A DNA stretch of 64,000 bases from Octopus sinensis (GCF_006345805.1 NC_043007.1:49414001-49478000), one strand, 5' to 3'; shown: positions 14,992-28,659, counted from the first letter of the stretch. Translations and numbers: made by a program. Notes: generated by a model from the letters alone, not told the origin.

Positions 14992-15206
14992 TAGCAGAAA
15001 CGTTAGCACGCAGGGCGAAATGCGTATTTCGTCTGCCGTTACGTTCTGAGTTCAAATTCCGCCGAGGTCGACTTTGCCTTTCATCCTTTCGGGGTCGATA
15101 AATAAAGTACCAGTTTCGCACTGGGGTCGATGTAATCGACTTAATCCCTCTGTCTGTCCTTGTTCGTCCTCTCTGTTTAGCCCCTTGTGGGCAGTAAAGA
15201 AATATA
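14992..15206 (+). mobile_element. SINE family 1 copy inserted in the Merlin element
   Basis: gcagaaacgttagcacg...ttctgagttcaaattccgccgaggtcgactttgcctttcatcctttcggggtcg...gtaaagaaata; recurs many times in the window. Confidence 0.85.
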
Positions 15207-17054
15207 TTAATGAAATAATTTGGATAAATCTTTACAAGTGCACCTCCATACAGTTCATAAAGAAAAAACCTCGGATTTCTCGCGTGTAGATCACCAACCC
15301 TGGCCTCCTAATCTGCTGCAAACCCCTTATTTTTTTTTATAAAAAAAAGGATGGGGTAGGAAACTGGAACCCCACCTCAATGAAATTATTTGAAAATGTG
15401 CATAAACAGAATATACATTGTACAGGCAATTAAAAAAATACATAGATGACAAAACACACCTTTACTCACTCACTCTCTCCCCCTCTCTCTCCACAAAAAA
15501 ATCGGAGAGTACTTGTTACCCACTTAAAATATCGGCGCGAAAAGTTGCTAAAGGACAAAACTGTTTTGCAGTTTAGGTCTTATATATCCTGGGATCTATA
15601 TATCCAATCATTTTAGTAGGTTTGTAAAAGATATTGTTTTAATACACTTTGACTTGTTTCACACAAAACACTAACGTTTTTTTTTGTCCAGATATCGTTA
15701 CCAATTTGTTTATTATTGTTTTCAAAGATCTTTGATTTCTCAATCTAATGTAATCTACACTCTATAAAATGTATTTCTGCAAAATGTCATCTTAAAATAT
15801 GTGTAAAGAAAGGGGGTTGATGCAGTTTTGCACCTCACCTTCAAAAGATAGCCAAATTTCAATTAACAGTTCGTCAGCACTTTTCTTACGGTAAAACAAT
15901 AGTTTTTCTGTGACAGCAGTTAAATTTGCCAGATTCCTTAGCTAAACAAAATAATGTCTTCACCACTTGACCCATCTAACCTCTACTATTTCACCAATAG
16001 CTAGAATAGATATCACAGACCTCCAAGGAATTCTATTGTTGGAGAAGAGAGTTGGTGAAAACTCATTGACAGCGACCAAGAAGGTTATGAGACACAACAT
16101 CCCTCGTCTCTATAACTTTTACTAGCTCAATTTCTTTTCTCTTACAACATCATTCTATCTTTATCTGTGGGTTACTACTACGAGAACGTGTACACACACA
16201 CAGGCCGAAATTAACTTTTCTTTTTACCTTGCATGCTTTTCCATTTACAAGTTATACATTCCAGCCCGTCGTGGTTTTGGGTATATACAATGAAAGGCTA
16301 AATAAATAACCTTTTTCTAACCTAAACATTAACCCCTACATCTTGACACGCAAAACTCGGTTGCTGTGAATTTTCTAAAGTCTTCTCCTCACCCTCTTGG
16401 AAAATATTTCCCCCCACAAATTTCTTTATAATCGTAATGTATGCCGTTTTGAACGGTATTTCTATAAAATTTCATTGGAAAAAAACCCGACATTTTCCTA
16501 AAAGTTACGAAGAGCTCGGATCTTGTGAATTTTCCGAAGTCCTCTCCCAACCCCGGTGGAAAAGATTTTCCCCACAAATTGCTTTATAATCGTAATGTAT
16601 GCCGTTTGAAAGGTATTTCTATAAAATTTTATTAAAAAAACCGACATTTTCCTAAAAGTTACGATCTTGTGAATTTCCGAACTCCTCTCCCCACCCTCCC
16701 GTTGCTTTGTGCGCATTTTTTTTTTTTTTCATATTTGTTTCCTACACATTGTTTTACACCCATTCCAGTATATTTTTTTGATTTTCATTTCCGGGTCAAG
16801 ATGTAAACACTAATCCAGAGTTTTATAAAGGAAATATTAATGGTGGATAATAGCTTTACAGAAATGTAGTGTAGTTTGAAGTTTTGTGAGATCTATTGCA
16901 CCGAAAGAATTGTGTTGTCAAGGCTGGAATTGACAAGTGGTGTTTGTTCCGTATCTACTTACATACACTATCTTATCCTTTTCTCCACGAGTGAAGGAAA
17001 TCTCTTACTAGATAAAGTAGAGAGGAATTGTCATGCAAACATATATATATATAT

Positions 17055-17238
17055 AATTATAAATTAGGTTATCTGAGAGATACCATCACGCATCTCTCAG
17101 ATACCCTAATTTATAATTTTTAATAATTATTACCTTTGTAAGATTTTTATTCCCATGCTGGCCACTTGACAAGATCGATATTTAAATATCAATCTTATCC
17201 TTATATATATATAGATATCAGATACCCTAATTTATAAT
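17055..17238. mobile_element. small MITE-like element with TIR ATAAATTAGGGTATCTGA and an internal hairpin
   Basis: 27-bp inverted arms 17055-17081 / 17092-17118 (1 mismatch); a third copy of the TIR at 17218-17238. Confidence 0.6.
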
Positions 17239-17336
17239 ATAAATGTATGTATGTATGTATGTATGTATGTATGTATTTATGTATATAAATCAACTTTTTG
17301 TGCTTCAATATTGCCGATAAAATGTAGATGTCTTAC

Positions 17337-17422
17337 CACCAACCGACTTCAGAACTGCCACGGCTAACAATGTCACAGCTGAGGCAGCAATGAGAATTAT
17401 GATGGCTTTCTTCCGTCCAAAT
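17337..17422 (-). CDS. SLC22 transporter exon 7
   Basis: tttcag|A FGRKKAIIILIAASAVTLLAVAVLKSVG G|GTAAGA, 86 nt; second GRK motif. Too short to appear in the ORF track. Confidence 0.9.
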
Positions 17423-18451
17423 CTGAAAAATGGTACAAAATAAGATTATGGTGGTGAGCTTGAATGATGAGTTTCATAGACTGGTACATGGAGTTAATTA
17501 TCTCAGATATCGTAGTAGACCTTTCAGTGATATGTACAATGCAATAAAGAAAGGCAAGCGACGGAGAGAGTGAAAAAGAAAGAGAGCGAGATAGAAATAG
17601 AGAGAGAAGGGTAGGGAAGAGTGAAAGAGAGAGCGCGTGGAGAGAGGGCGAGAGAGAGAGAGAGAAGGAGAGAGAAAAAGAGAGAGAACTCCAGTGTTTG
17701 ACTGGCATATATTTTCGAAAGGGCAAAAGGCAAAGTTGTCTTCGGAGGAATTCGAGTTGAGAGCGCGTAGAGCTGGAACAATAACTGCGCAAAGCTGTCC
17801 AACTAACACTTTAACGATTCCACAAGTTTGCCGTCTGAAATCACATTCTTTTGTCTCAGATGAAAGCAAGGCATATTTGATAGCACAGTTGAAAATAGAA
17901 TGTGTTTGGAAACAAGAGGCAAACTGTTTTGATCAAAGTCAGTTGAACTAAGGTTATTCTGGGGTATCTATAACAACAAAACTTGTAAAATTACTGTACT
18001 TACAACCACCAACCTCTGTTCAGTATTTCATCTACACCAACTCTCTGTCTGTCTTCTGTCTCTCTCTCCCCTTTTCACTCCTTCTCCTCTTTTCGCTATT
18101 TTCCCCTTTCTCTCACTTTATAACATCCATCGCTACTTTAATGTACACATCACATAACACATAAAGCTTTTAGCGAGCCCTGATCATTTGTCACCAGAAC
18201 AGTGTACCATTCAATGTTTTCTCCACCTGTAATCTTCATTAATCTTCTAAATTAAGATTTAGAACATGTGCGTGTGTGTGTGTGTGTGTGTGTGCGTGCA
18301 TGTGCGTGTGTGTGTACGTGTGCATATGTGTGTGTGTGTTAAAGACACTTACAGAAATACAAATATCTATCCATCCATCTATCTATCTGCGTGTGTGTGT
18401 GTGTATGTATATATATGCGAATTGTGACTCAAATATAAAATATTTACTAAC

Positions 18452-18586
18452 AGCATAAGTAATTTGTATTGGACGAAACTGGAGGGAAGTTCCATGGAAG
18501 CAATGAGGAAGTAATTCAAATGACGGTCTCCAGACAAACTACTGGAGGTCAAGTAGAGTCCGAAATATGTCACACTGGTAATCAGC
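18452..18586 (-). CDS. SLC22 transporter exon 6
   Basis: tttcag|G LITSVTYFGLYLTSSSLSGDRHLNYFLIASMELPSS...KLLM CT|GTTAGT, 135 nt. Donor chosen because its phase fits exon 7. Confidence 0.88.
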
Positions 18587-18712
18587 CTGAAACAAAGGAA
18601 ACAAAACAAGACATTTGGCTTTTGTTCTTTCTTAAAAGTATTATTACACATAGTGTTCAGTTTTTTGTTTTAAATTATCAAATATAACTATTGTTGTCTT
18701 ATATGTGTCTGT

Positions 18713-19082
18713 GGCGCAGACGTGGCTGTTTAGTAAGAAGTTTGCTTCACAACCACATGATTCCAGGTTCAATCCCACTGCGTGGCACCTTGAGAAGGTG
18801 TCTTCTGCTATAGCCTCGGGCTGACCAAAGCCTTGTGAGTAGATGTGGTAGACGGAAACTGAAAAAGCCCGTCGTATATACATATATGTATATATATCAG
18901 CGTGTGAGTCTGTGTTCGTCCCCATCCACCCACCACTCGACCACTGGTGTTGGTGTGTTTACGTCTCAGTAACCTTGCGGTTCGGCATTACAAAAATAAG
19001 AACTGGGCTCAATTCATTCGAATAAAATTTCAAGGCCATGACCCAGCATGGCCACAGTCCGATGACTGAAATAAGTAAAAGG
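18713..19082 (+). mobile_element. SINE family 2 (tRNA-like head, LINE-derived tail)
   Basis: ggcgcagacgtggctg...ggttcaatcccactgcgtggcaccttg...cagcatggccacagtccgatgactgaaata; homologous to 41015-41405. Confidence 0.8.
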
Positions 19083-20229
19083 TTAAAAATAAATTATGCA
19101 TCTACCACGAGTCCTGGGTTTCTAAGACGTTGCTGTTAACCTTCTGAAATTAACAGTGAGGTTTGTGGAAGTCTTAGTCGAACGCCGGTGAGTGTGAACA
19201 TGGTGTGCTGCATGAACAGCTAAGAGCAATAATACCTGGCTGCAGACCACCAAGTATGTCACCATCGTCTGGGGATTTCGCTCAATGACAGACATGAGCA
19301 TTCCGCTGGTTTGCTCGCTAAATTTGCCCGATAAAAGGCACCTAACGCCTGCTCGCAGGACGCTGCCGGATCGTGTGGCTGGGGTTTTAGTAAATATAAA
19401 GAATGTTTTACAAGAGCTATATATTTCCAATATCTGGTTTTGTCTTCACAATCCTGCGTCTGCCATGACCAAATATAAGGAATTTTGCTTAATTAAAGGA
19501 TAGCTTTATGAGTATAAAAGATGCAAACATTAAATGAAAGATTCAATGTGTTATTTTTAATCTTAAAAGCAATGACTCTGATATTTTGCTCGTTGTTGGC
19601 CTCGTTAGTCTTTCGACGCTTACTACTTGCAAAACTTAGAAGTCACTATCAATAAAATTATTAATAGTATATTTTGCATTGTAATTTGTAAATTATATAT
19701 TATGATAATAGGTTTACTGCATTTGTTAAGTTGGCGAATAACAAATATGGTAATGGATTGCCTGTAATTCAGTACAAAGAAATTCATTCGATGTCCATCT
19801 GTTTGTTATGATGCCTAGCTTATTCGCTGATATACCTGTATGTATATATGTACTCATACATGCATGCGTAAATATACATGAATAAATGCATTCAAGAACT
19901 TTACATCTTAATTCAAAAGTAAAACATTAATTGCAAAAGTGCTCAATAAGAAATTCAAAATAAAATAGAGCTGTGGCTTACTCTGGATAAAAAAACAGAA
20001 CGGAAAGCAAAGAATATAGCACAAGGTAGACTTATACATATTACCTACACTGATTCCAGCTACAATATACTTAAAAGGAACTGATCAACATGAAATTATA
20101 AAAGAAGTCCCACGCAAAACCGCGTGGTTGAGCATAGATCTTTTTAACAACACAGACACGTCGGTGTCTAAGTCTCTCTATCATAAATGAGCAGTTCATT
20201 TGCGATCACAATATTAAAAGTGTATGGAC

Positions 20230-21419
20230 GGCGGAATTTTCGATAAAGTTCGAAAAGAGTTCTTGCCTATTGCCGGTACTTATTTTAATCACTCCTGAAA
20301 TGATGAAAGGCAAATTCGACATCGGCGACATTTGAAATCAGGAAAGAATTGTGTCCGGACCGGTAACAGTTCTGCCAGCTCGCCGCCTAAATAAGAGTAA
20401 TAATTATGATGACGATGATAATGATAATAACAACAATAACATTAACAACAGCGGCAATGCAGCAGTAGTTGCAACGCCAACAAGAACAACAACACTAATA
20501 ACCATTCTACTATAAGCATAAGGCCTGAAATTTTGAGGGGTGGGGGGTTAGCCGATTAGATCTACCCCAATACGCAACTGCTATTTAATCTATCGACTCC
20601 GAAAGGATGAAATGCAAAGTCGACCTCGGGGAAATTTGAACTCAGAACGTAAAGACAGACAAAATGCCGCTAAGCATTTTGCCCGGCGTGCAAACATTTC
20701 TGCCAGCTCGACGCCTTAACAACAACACTAATAACAGGAACATGAATAAGAACAACAGCTTCAACAACAATAACAATGGTTTAAAATTTTGGTACAATGG
20801 CCAGTAATTTTAGGAGATTACATCGACCCCAGGCCTGAACTGGTACTTGTTTTATTGAGCAAAGTTGACCTCTGCGGGTCTTAAACTCTAAAACTAAAGA
20901 GCCGGAGGAAATGTCGCGTTGCATTTTCTCCGACGCGCCTTTGATATTCCCATCTCACTGCCTTAGTTTCTGAATTAGGCACTAGGCCAGTAATGTTAAG
21001 GGCAGTGAGTAGGTCGATTCTACGGATTCTGGTATTTCACTGGTATTGCACTGTAGTATTTCACTGGTGTTGCAGTCTAGCTTATTAGATCACCTTTTTG
21101 TAATTTCCCGACGTCTGCAGTGGGACTTGAATTCATAACGTAAGGGATCGTAAGTAAAAACAGAATGCTGCATTATGACTTTCGAGTTAAACATTCCATA
21201 GTCCATTACACCAATAACAGCAAAATAATTAGCACGTCGGTCAAAATGCTGGGCGGTATTTCGTTCGTCTTTACGTTTTGAGTTCAAATCGTGCCGAGGT
21301 CGACTAGGCCTTTCATTATTTCGGGGTCGATGAAATAAGTATCAGTTGAGCATTGGGATCGATGTAATCGACATAGTCTCACCCCACAAATTTCAGGCCT
21401 TGAGCCTATAGTAGAAAGA

Positions 21420-21499
<80 letters not shown>

Positions 21500-21720
21500 C
21501 ATTGTTAAGGCGGTGAGCTGGCAGAATCGTTAGCACGCCGGGCGAAGTGCTTGACGTTATTTCGTTTGTCGTTACGTTCTGAGTTCAAATTCCGCCGTAG
21601 CCAACTTTACCTTTCATCTTTTCGGGATCGATTAAATAAGCATCAGTTACGCACTGGGCCCGGTGAAAACAACGTAATCCCCTTCCCCAAAATTTGAGGT
21701 CTTGTGCTTTCAGTAGAATG
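20230..21720. mobile_element. cluster of about five SINE family 1 copies in both orientations, with AAT/ATT tracts
   Basis: Minus-strand copies near 20250-20390, 20500-20720 and 20790-20960; plus-strand copies near 21230-21420 and 21505-21720. Confidence 0.8.
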
Positions 21721-21751
21721 GATTATTGTTATTATGAAAAATAAGAATTAC

Positions 21752-22060
21752 CATGCAAACATAACAACTAGGGTGATATTTCTAGTTGTACTGTATTTCA
21801 TCATGGTCAACAATCCAAGCGCAGTTTCTTTAGGATGAACTTCGGCTTCGTCTTCAGGGTTTGTTCCATTTTTGTCAATTAGTTCTTTGGACTGTTCACC
21901 TAATTGATGCATTTCCATGGCAGATTCATTAGATTTCAGACATTTAGTCCATGCCGCTTCGAAATCGACTCCGTTAAGTTTTGCTGCGCGTTTCACAATT
22001 CTTTCGGCTTCTACAATTTTCCCTTTTGCGAACAACCATCGAATGCTTTCTCTTAAGTAC
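21752..22060 (-). CDS. SLC22 transporter exon 5 (central cytoplasmic loop)
   Basis: atgcag|G YLRESIRWLFAKGKIVEAERIVKRAAKLNG...TLVVMFA(W)|GTAATT, 309 nt. Confidence 0.95.
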
Positions 22061-22197
22061 CTGCATAATATGAATATGAATATGTATGTGTGTATGTATG
22101 TATGTATGTATGTATGTATGTATGTATGTATGTATGTATGTATGTATGTATGTATGTGCATATATATATATAATGTACATACATATATGCTTACAAG

Positions 22198-22264
<67 letters not shown>

Positions 22265-22733
22265 ATATAGGGATGGTATTATTAAAATACCATCACAAGT
22301 GGTAAGCGAATTATTAGCCGAACAGGCAAATTAATAAAATATATACATACAATATTAGATATGTACATTTATACATAAGGGTACAAAATGAGTACCTATA
22401 TCGCTCATGCTAGAAGGACTTCGGCTGATGAGAAATCACGCGTCTAGGTGGCGCTAAATTTCGAAACCGGTACCGAGTTGACCAGTATGTACTTGTTCTA
22501 ACTCATTTGAGGTAAGACATTATTATTGTTCACTGATAGTTTTTCCTATCTTGTCTGTAATAGATTTGTGACTTTTCGGTGGCACAGAAGTATTTTTTGA
22601 TTTCTATCATGAGCGATATAGGTGCTCATTTAGTACCATTATGTATATATATACATATCTAATATTGTATGTATATATTTTATATATATATATAAATACA
22701 CATACATACATACACATACACACACACATACAC

Positions 22734-22788
<55 letters not shown>

Positions 22789-22798
22789 CCCGTATATA

Positions 22799-24028
22799 CA
22801 AGTGGATGCTGAAAAGTTCCTGACTTTGAGGGTATCGTGAAAGGGTAGAGCTATAACATTTACAAAGGAGGCTGGACAACTATTCAGAAGATATGCAAAA
22901 TATGATGGCATACAGTATATCTTTCTCTTTTTCCCGATTTAACGCATAATGGCAGTTCATACAATGGATCTGGCAAAATTAAAGCATGGGCGGTCATGAA
23001 GTTCTTCTTTTTGCAAGATATAAGAGCGGTGAAAATCCATGGCGAAATGAAGGAAGTTTTAAAGGATGGCTGTCCATCTCAATCCATCGTGAAAATCTGG
23101 TTGTCGAGGTTTCGGACTGATCCTTTTGAGGTCGGAACGACCAACTTCCGTGAGTACGGTGCACGCCATCATTATCTAGGATCACTGGATTTCAGCCAAA
23201 GTCATAGCTGAGACTCTGGGGATTTCCCGCGAGAGAGTTGGCTATATCATCCATGAGTTCCGCAAAATGGGTACCGAAATGCCTGAACGCCGATCAGAAG
23301 CGCATCCATGTGAGGAAATGAAAGGCTATTTTGGACCGGTTTGCACCATGGATGGAACACTATGTCTCGTTTAGTCACCATAGATGAAATATGCTTTCAT
23401 TATTATGATCCCAAGACTAAGTAGCAATCAATGGAGTGGCGCCACAGCGATTTACGTCATTCTAAGTAGTTTCGGACCCAGAGGTCAGCTGGAAAGATGA
23501 TGGTTTCAGTGTTTTGTGATAAAGACGAAGTGCTCTTCATAAAATACTTGCCAAAAGGTTACCTCATTAAAGAAGATTTCTACATGTTTCTATTGAACGA
23601 ACTGCGTGAAGCTTTGGAGCAGAAACGCCATGGAAAATCAAGTAGTGGTACCCTGCTTCTTGCAGGACAATGCACCAGCACACACAGCACATGAAACTTC
23701 ACGGAAAATAGACGACTTTGGCTTCAAATTGGTAGACCACCCACCTTACTGTCCTTATTTGGCCCCCACCGTCTATCATCTTTTTCCACAACTGCAAAAA
23801 CACCTCAAGGGAACGAAATTTCACTCCAATTCGGAAGTGATCGCTGCTTCAGAGGCTTGTTTGGTGGTCCAACCTTTCGATTTTCTTTTCACAAGGCTTG
23901 GAAAAACTGAAAGACCGGTGCAATAAGAGTGTGAATCTGAGAAAGGAATATGTTAAATAAAATCATAATTAATTGATCCTCCCATATTTTATTTTACCTA
24001 AAGCCAGGAACTTTTCAGTACCTCTTCG
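22799..24028 (+). mobile_element. degraded mariner (DD34D) DNA transposon
   Basis: TIRs ...ctgaaaagttcctg(a/g)cttt at both ends; WVPKCL, VTIDE, QDNAPAH, HPPYCPYLAP motifs with frameshifts. Confidence 0.9.
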
Positions 24029-25671
24029 GATATGTATACACACACGCACCCCCCACACACGCACGCGTATATATATCTGTGTATATGTATCTATGTATGA
24101 AATTAAACGTACATATACATATTAGCGTGTGTAAATGACTGGGAGAAAAATACGTAAAATATATATATCACAAAATATAGGACACTTTGACACCGCAAAA
24201 ACCATTAAATCTAATTGCAGGAGCACATCACACTTCCAGAAAACCAAACGAGAAAACTATTTATATATACAAGAACGCTCAGTCCTCATCCATAATCAAG
24301 AAGTTTGTAAATGATATTTAAGGATATTTGCAATCCCCACCCGCTCTTACTATAGCAATATACTATTAAGAAGCGAGGTTAATGAAAACATTTTACAACA
24401 AATAAACTCCTCCCACATAACTACAAAACCAGGATAACAAGCACAATTCTTTCAACCCACTCTACAGCATGAATGAAACTACTAACATGAAGAGAAATCT
24501 TCAATGACTATCAAAAATTAATTTCCAATCACACATAAATATCAGAAACTTTTCAAATCCAATAAATTCAAATGATTTAAGTTTGTTCGGACAGCATCCT
24601 TTCCTGCAGCATCCACGTCGCAATCTAAGACATAAATCTAGTCGTAATTTTACTGCCTTCAATAGCCAGCTTATAGCTGCGGAAAATTCTAAACTTCCGA
24701 TTCAAAGGAATTTATCTATTTCCAATGCAGTGGTATACAGTGTATGCTTGACACTCACAGACAGTATTGAGGGAATTCAACGGAATCCATCACGAATGAT
24801 TTCAATATCAGCTACAACGAACATAATACTCATTCAGATCAATGGATAAAAAGAAATGCATACCTTTGTTTTGCGTATGTTTTGCGATTGCGGAATAGCA
24901 GAATTACAACTTTAAACAATGAACAGAACTTTCACGCACTCTATCGGGACACGGTACAGCAAATTGTGCTTTCACTGAAAAATCTCGGGTCTTGAAATAA
25001 CCACTAAAATCGCTGAGCAGAGTTTCAGAGATCTTCCACGTCTGCCGCAGCCACAAGCTATTTCGTCTGAAATTTTAAAAAACCAAGCGATGCTTCAACA
25101 ACGTATTAGCCATTATGGCTAATTCAAACTAAAGAACTAAATTTCTCCAAAGAGAGGCCTACTCTTCCTTTCTTTCTTTCTTTCTTTCTTTCCTTCCTTC
25201 CTTCCTTCTTTCTTTCTCGTTTAAGAAATAGTTAATGATAGATTCCGTTGTTACACAGTTTCGTGCCGCCTCTAAGACAATACCTACCTGAATAATTAGT
25301 GCTGTTAAAACATCTGTGGAATGGATTCTCATTAGCTAAGATCAGTCAGTAATATATTGCATCATGCTCTAGCGAATTCAGTCAGTATTAACAAGTAACT
25401 CGTGTAAATTGGTACATAGGAGAATTGCAGATCAAATTAGTTCAGCTGCAGATTATTACCAGTTTCTTCGGGTCATGAATTCCACGCACAGAAGATTTTA
25501 ACAGATAGTTCTAAATCTTACCCAGTCCCGCTTCAGGAAGCTCTTCATTCATTGCAAACGCACCTCTTTAGCAATCCTGAAACGTCTTGAACACCCAAAG
25601 TGCTTTCGAGCCCACTCTCAAATCTAAAGATACGGGCTTTATACTACTATGATGTTTAATAAGCATTTATG

Positions 25672-25703
<32 letters not shown>

Positions 25704-25824
25704 TCGTCATTTTGTCACATTTGGTATTAGAGTTTTCACCACGAAAGCAAATGCAAAAGAAATAAATAAAAGACAAACGAAATGAAAAACGAAGCAGTTT
25801 GAAAAATCACAAGAAATTCCTTAC

Positions 25825-26027
25825 CAAAATTCAAATACACATACGATTCCTGGAAGCCCCAAAACGGCACACAGCCATCTCCATTCTGAATGTCTCATGA
25901 CATAGGCAACCAACGCAAGGATCATAACACATATACTCCACCAAACCCCCAGTATGCATGAAATCAGTGTCCGTTTGTCAGCAGAAAACATCTCCAATAT
26001 CATGGTATAACCAGGAATAGCGGAACC
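25825..26027 (-). CDS. SLC22 transporter exon 4
   Basis: ctacag|GSAIPGYTMILEMFSADKRT...EWRWL...VFEF(W)|GTAAGG, 203 nt, phase 2. Confidence 0.95.
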
Positions 26028-26164
26028 CTGTAGGGAGATATATTTAAGTTCACGGTTATGATAAAAGTTTTATGGACTCAGCATGTATGTGATGAGTACT
26101 AAAGATCAGTAAGCTATCTAATACATTAATCTACTTTAACATCTTGTAGATTTCATAATAATCA

Positions 26165-26335
26165 TTTCTACTGTTGGCATAAGGCCTCAAAATTTTGGGG
26201 AGGGGACTAGTCGATTACTTCGACCCGAGTACTCATTTTATCGACCACAAAAGAATGAAAGGCAAAGTCGACCTCGGCGGAATTTGAACTCAGAATGTCA
26301 AGACGTGCGAACGATTCTGGCAGCTCACCGCGTTT
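26165..26335 (-). mobile_element. SINE family 1 copy
   Basis: gaatgaaaggcaaagtcgacctcggcggaatttgaactcagaatgt...tctggcagctc. Confidence 0.8.
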
Positions 26336-26344
26336 GTAGCCTTC

Positions 26345-26482
<138 letters not shown>

Positions 26483-26495
26483 TAATAATAACAAT

Positions 26496-27959
26496 AGGAA
26501 GGAATGTTATAGGAGAGTTCGTGCAGTCCTGAAATCTGAACTAAATGCACGTAACAAGGTGTTAGCTATAAATTCCTTAGCAGTTCCAGTTGTTACTTAT
26601 AGCTACAATGTGTTGAACTGGAATATGAGTGAAGTAAAGAATATAGATAGAAAAATACGCAAGCTGCTGAGTTGTAATAGGATGCACCACCCAAAGGCAG
26701 ACGTAGATCGCCTTTACCTTCCCAGAGCCCAAGGAGGTCGAGGCCTGATCCAATTTGAACTAGCTTACAAAACAACCACAATTGGACTGGCCAAATATCT
26801 CGAAATATCGAATGACTGGATGCTAAAGCTCGTGGAAAATCACGAGAGACGAAAGAAGCTTCATTCTATCATCAAGGAAAGCAAAAAAATTGCTATTGAT
26901 CTCGTGCAGGATACCCAAACTGAACAACCCGAGGGGAGTACGGCAACTATTGTTGCAAAGAAGGTGAAAATGACGGCAATGAAAAAAGCGCACGAGCAAT
27001 TGGCTGATAGGTAGGAGGAGAAACCTCTGCACGGCAAATATGTGACCCGCAGCAAACAAGCTGATGTTGACCAGAAGCAAACCCATCAGTGGCTGCGGAG
27101 CTCAGGGCTAAAAGCAGAAAGCGAAGGTTTCATCCTGGCTGCTCAAGACCAAAGCCTATTAACCCGGAACTACCAGGCCAACGTGATGAAAAATGGAGCA
27201 GACCCAAAATGCCGATTCTGCAACGACATGATTGAAACAGTGGACCACCTAATCTCTGGATGTAAAGTCTTAGCACCAGTGGAGTATAAATTAAGACATG
27301 ACAGAGTTGGCCAATATCTACACTGGCTAATAAGTCGGCATTACAATATCAAAACTGCCGACAAGTGGTATAATCACCACCCTGAGGCTGTAACTGAAGG
27401 AGAAAATGTAACCATTCTGTGGGACTTTCCAGTACATACAGACCGAACCATCAAGGCCAATAAACCAGATATTGTTGTGAAAGACCAAAACAATAAAGTT
27501 TGCTTATTGATCGACATGAGCATCCCCTGTGATCATAATATCTCAGCGAAAGAGTTTGACAAGCTCAGAAAATATAAAGACCTACTCATTGAAATTGAGA
27601 AAATGTGGCATCTCAAGGCGGTTACAATACCAGTGATCATAGGAGCACTAGGAATGATCAAGAAGGGAACCGAAAATTATATGAGAATGATCCCTGGCTT
27701 ACCATCCCTGCAAGAAGTGCAAAAGATTGTCTTAACTGGTACATCACACGTATTGAGAAGAGCATTGTCGATGTGAGAACTGTTGCTGCTCATGTATTTT
27801 AATTTAACTTTAAAAAAAAAAAACAAAAAAAAACCAACTACTGAGTTTGGTTTAATGGCCTACCAATATACACTATGAGTTTCTTTGCCCTAGGAGTCGG
27901 GAAGACACTCGGCAAGAAACGGAAGAAAATTTGAAAGAAGAGAAAAAAAAAAAAAAAAC

Positions 27960-27960
<1 letters not shown>
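26496..27960 (+). mobile_element. R4/Dong LINE, 5'-truncated, inserted in (TAA)n
   Basis: RT C-terminus plus REL endonuclease (CRFC...HLISGC...RHDRV...KPDIV...KLRKYKDL); one in-frame stop near 27012; (AAT)n on both sides. Confidence 0.93.
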
Positions 27961-28014
<54 letters not shown>

Positions 28015-28043
28015 TTAATAATAATAATAATAATAATAATAAT

Positions 28044-28596
28044 GCCCTGATACAGTACCAGATAGTGGCTCTCATGTCTTCTGATCTTAACTAATTGGAA
28101 GTGTTATCATGTACATTGTATTGTCTTGGTATAAAAGATGGGCTACAGCAAATATTCTGCTCAATACCACAGATTTGCTTGTCAGTTGTTTGACCATAAC
28201 CAGTTGACCATGTCCCTTAGTGGCTGACGATATGAGCATCTCTGATCATGAGCAGAAGTAGTGGGGGAGCATCATAGCCGTGTGTTGAAAGGAATTCTTA
28301 GAGGTTTGGATAATTCACCTCTGGAAATATGGGTGGTTCGTTCAACATCCTTAAACAATCTTTATTCAAGGACCTTTGAGCGGGATTGGCAACTCGACCA
28401 GAAGAAAATTCTAACTGAACCCCACCTGCTAGATCATGCGCTGTTTATCTTGATATGAGATCACCATGTCACGCACACATGGTTGTGCTGCATGTGCCTA
28501 GTGTACCTTTATCAGACGGGTAGTCATGATGGGTATACCGGGCTTCGTATATTTTACCCCAGGGTCACTTTGATGGCATGCACTGCTCTCTCACTC
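28044..28596. mobile_element. ~555-bp non-coding repeat inserted in (AAT)n, copy 1
   Basis: gccctgat(a/g)cagtacca...ctctctcactc, aligns end to end with 28735-29289 and is bounded by AAT tracts. Confidence 0.8.
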
Positions 28597-28659
28597 AATA
28601 ATAATAATAACAATAACAATAACAATAACAATAACAATAACAACAACAACAACAACAAC

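Larger units (their letters stand above)
11449..16815. mobile_element. Merlin (IS1595/ISXO2-like) DNA transposon with ~1.2-kb inverted arms and an 8-bp TSD
   Basis: TSD CAGAGTTT at 11441-11448 and 16816-16823. Arms 11449-~12655 and ~15412-16815 are reverse complements. Two transposase remnants lie inside. Confidence 0.9.

Noticed and set aside
24180-24850. Possible ancient CR1/L2 RT remnant (IEGIQR-like)
   Set aside because: Too decayed to call from one short motif
28044-28110. Possible HDV-like ribozyme at the start of the 555-bp repeat
   Set aside because: L3-like loop differs between the two copies and no P1 helix was found
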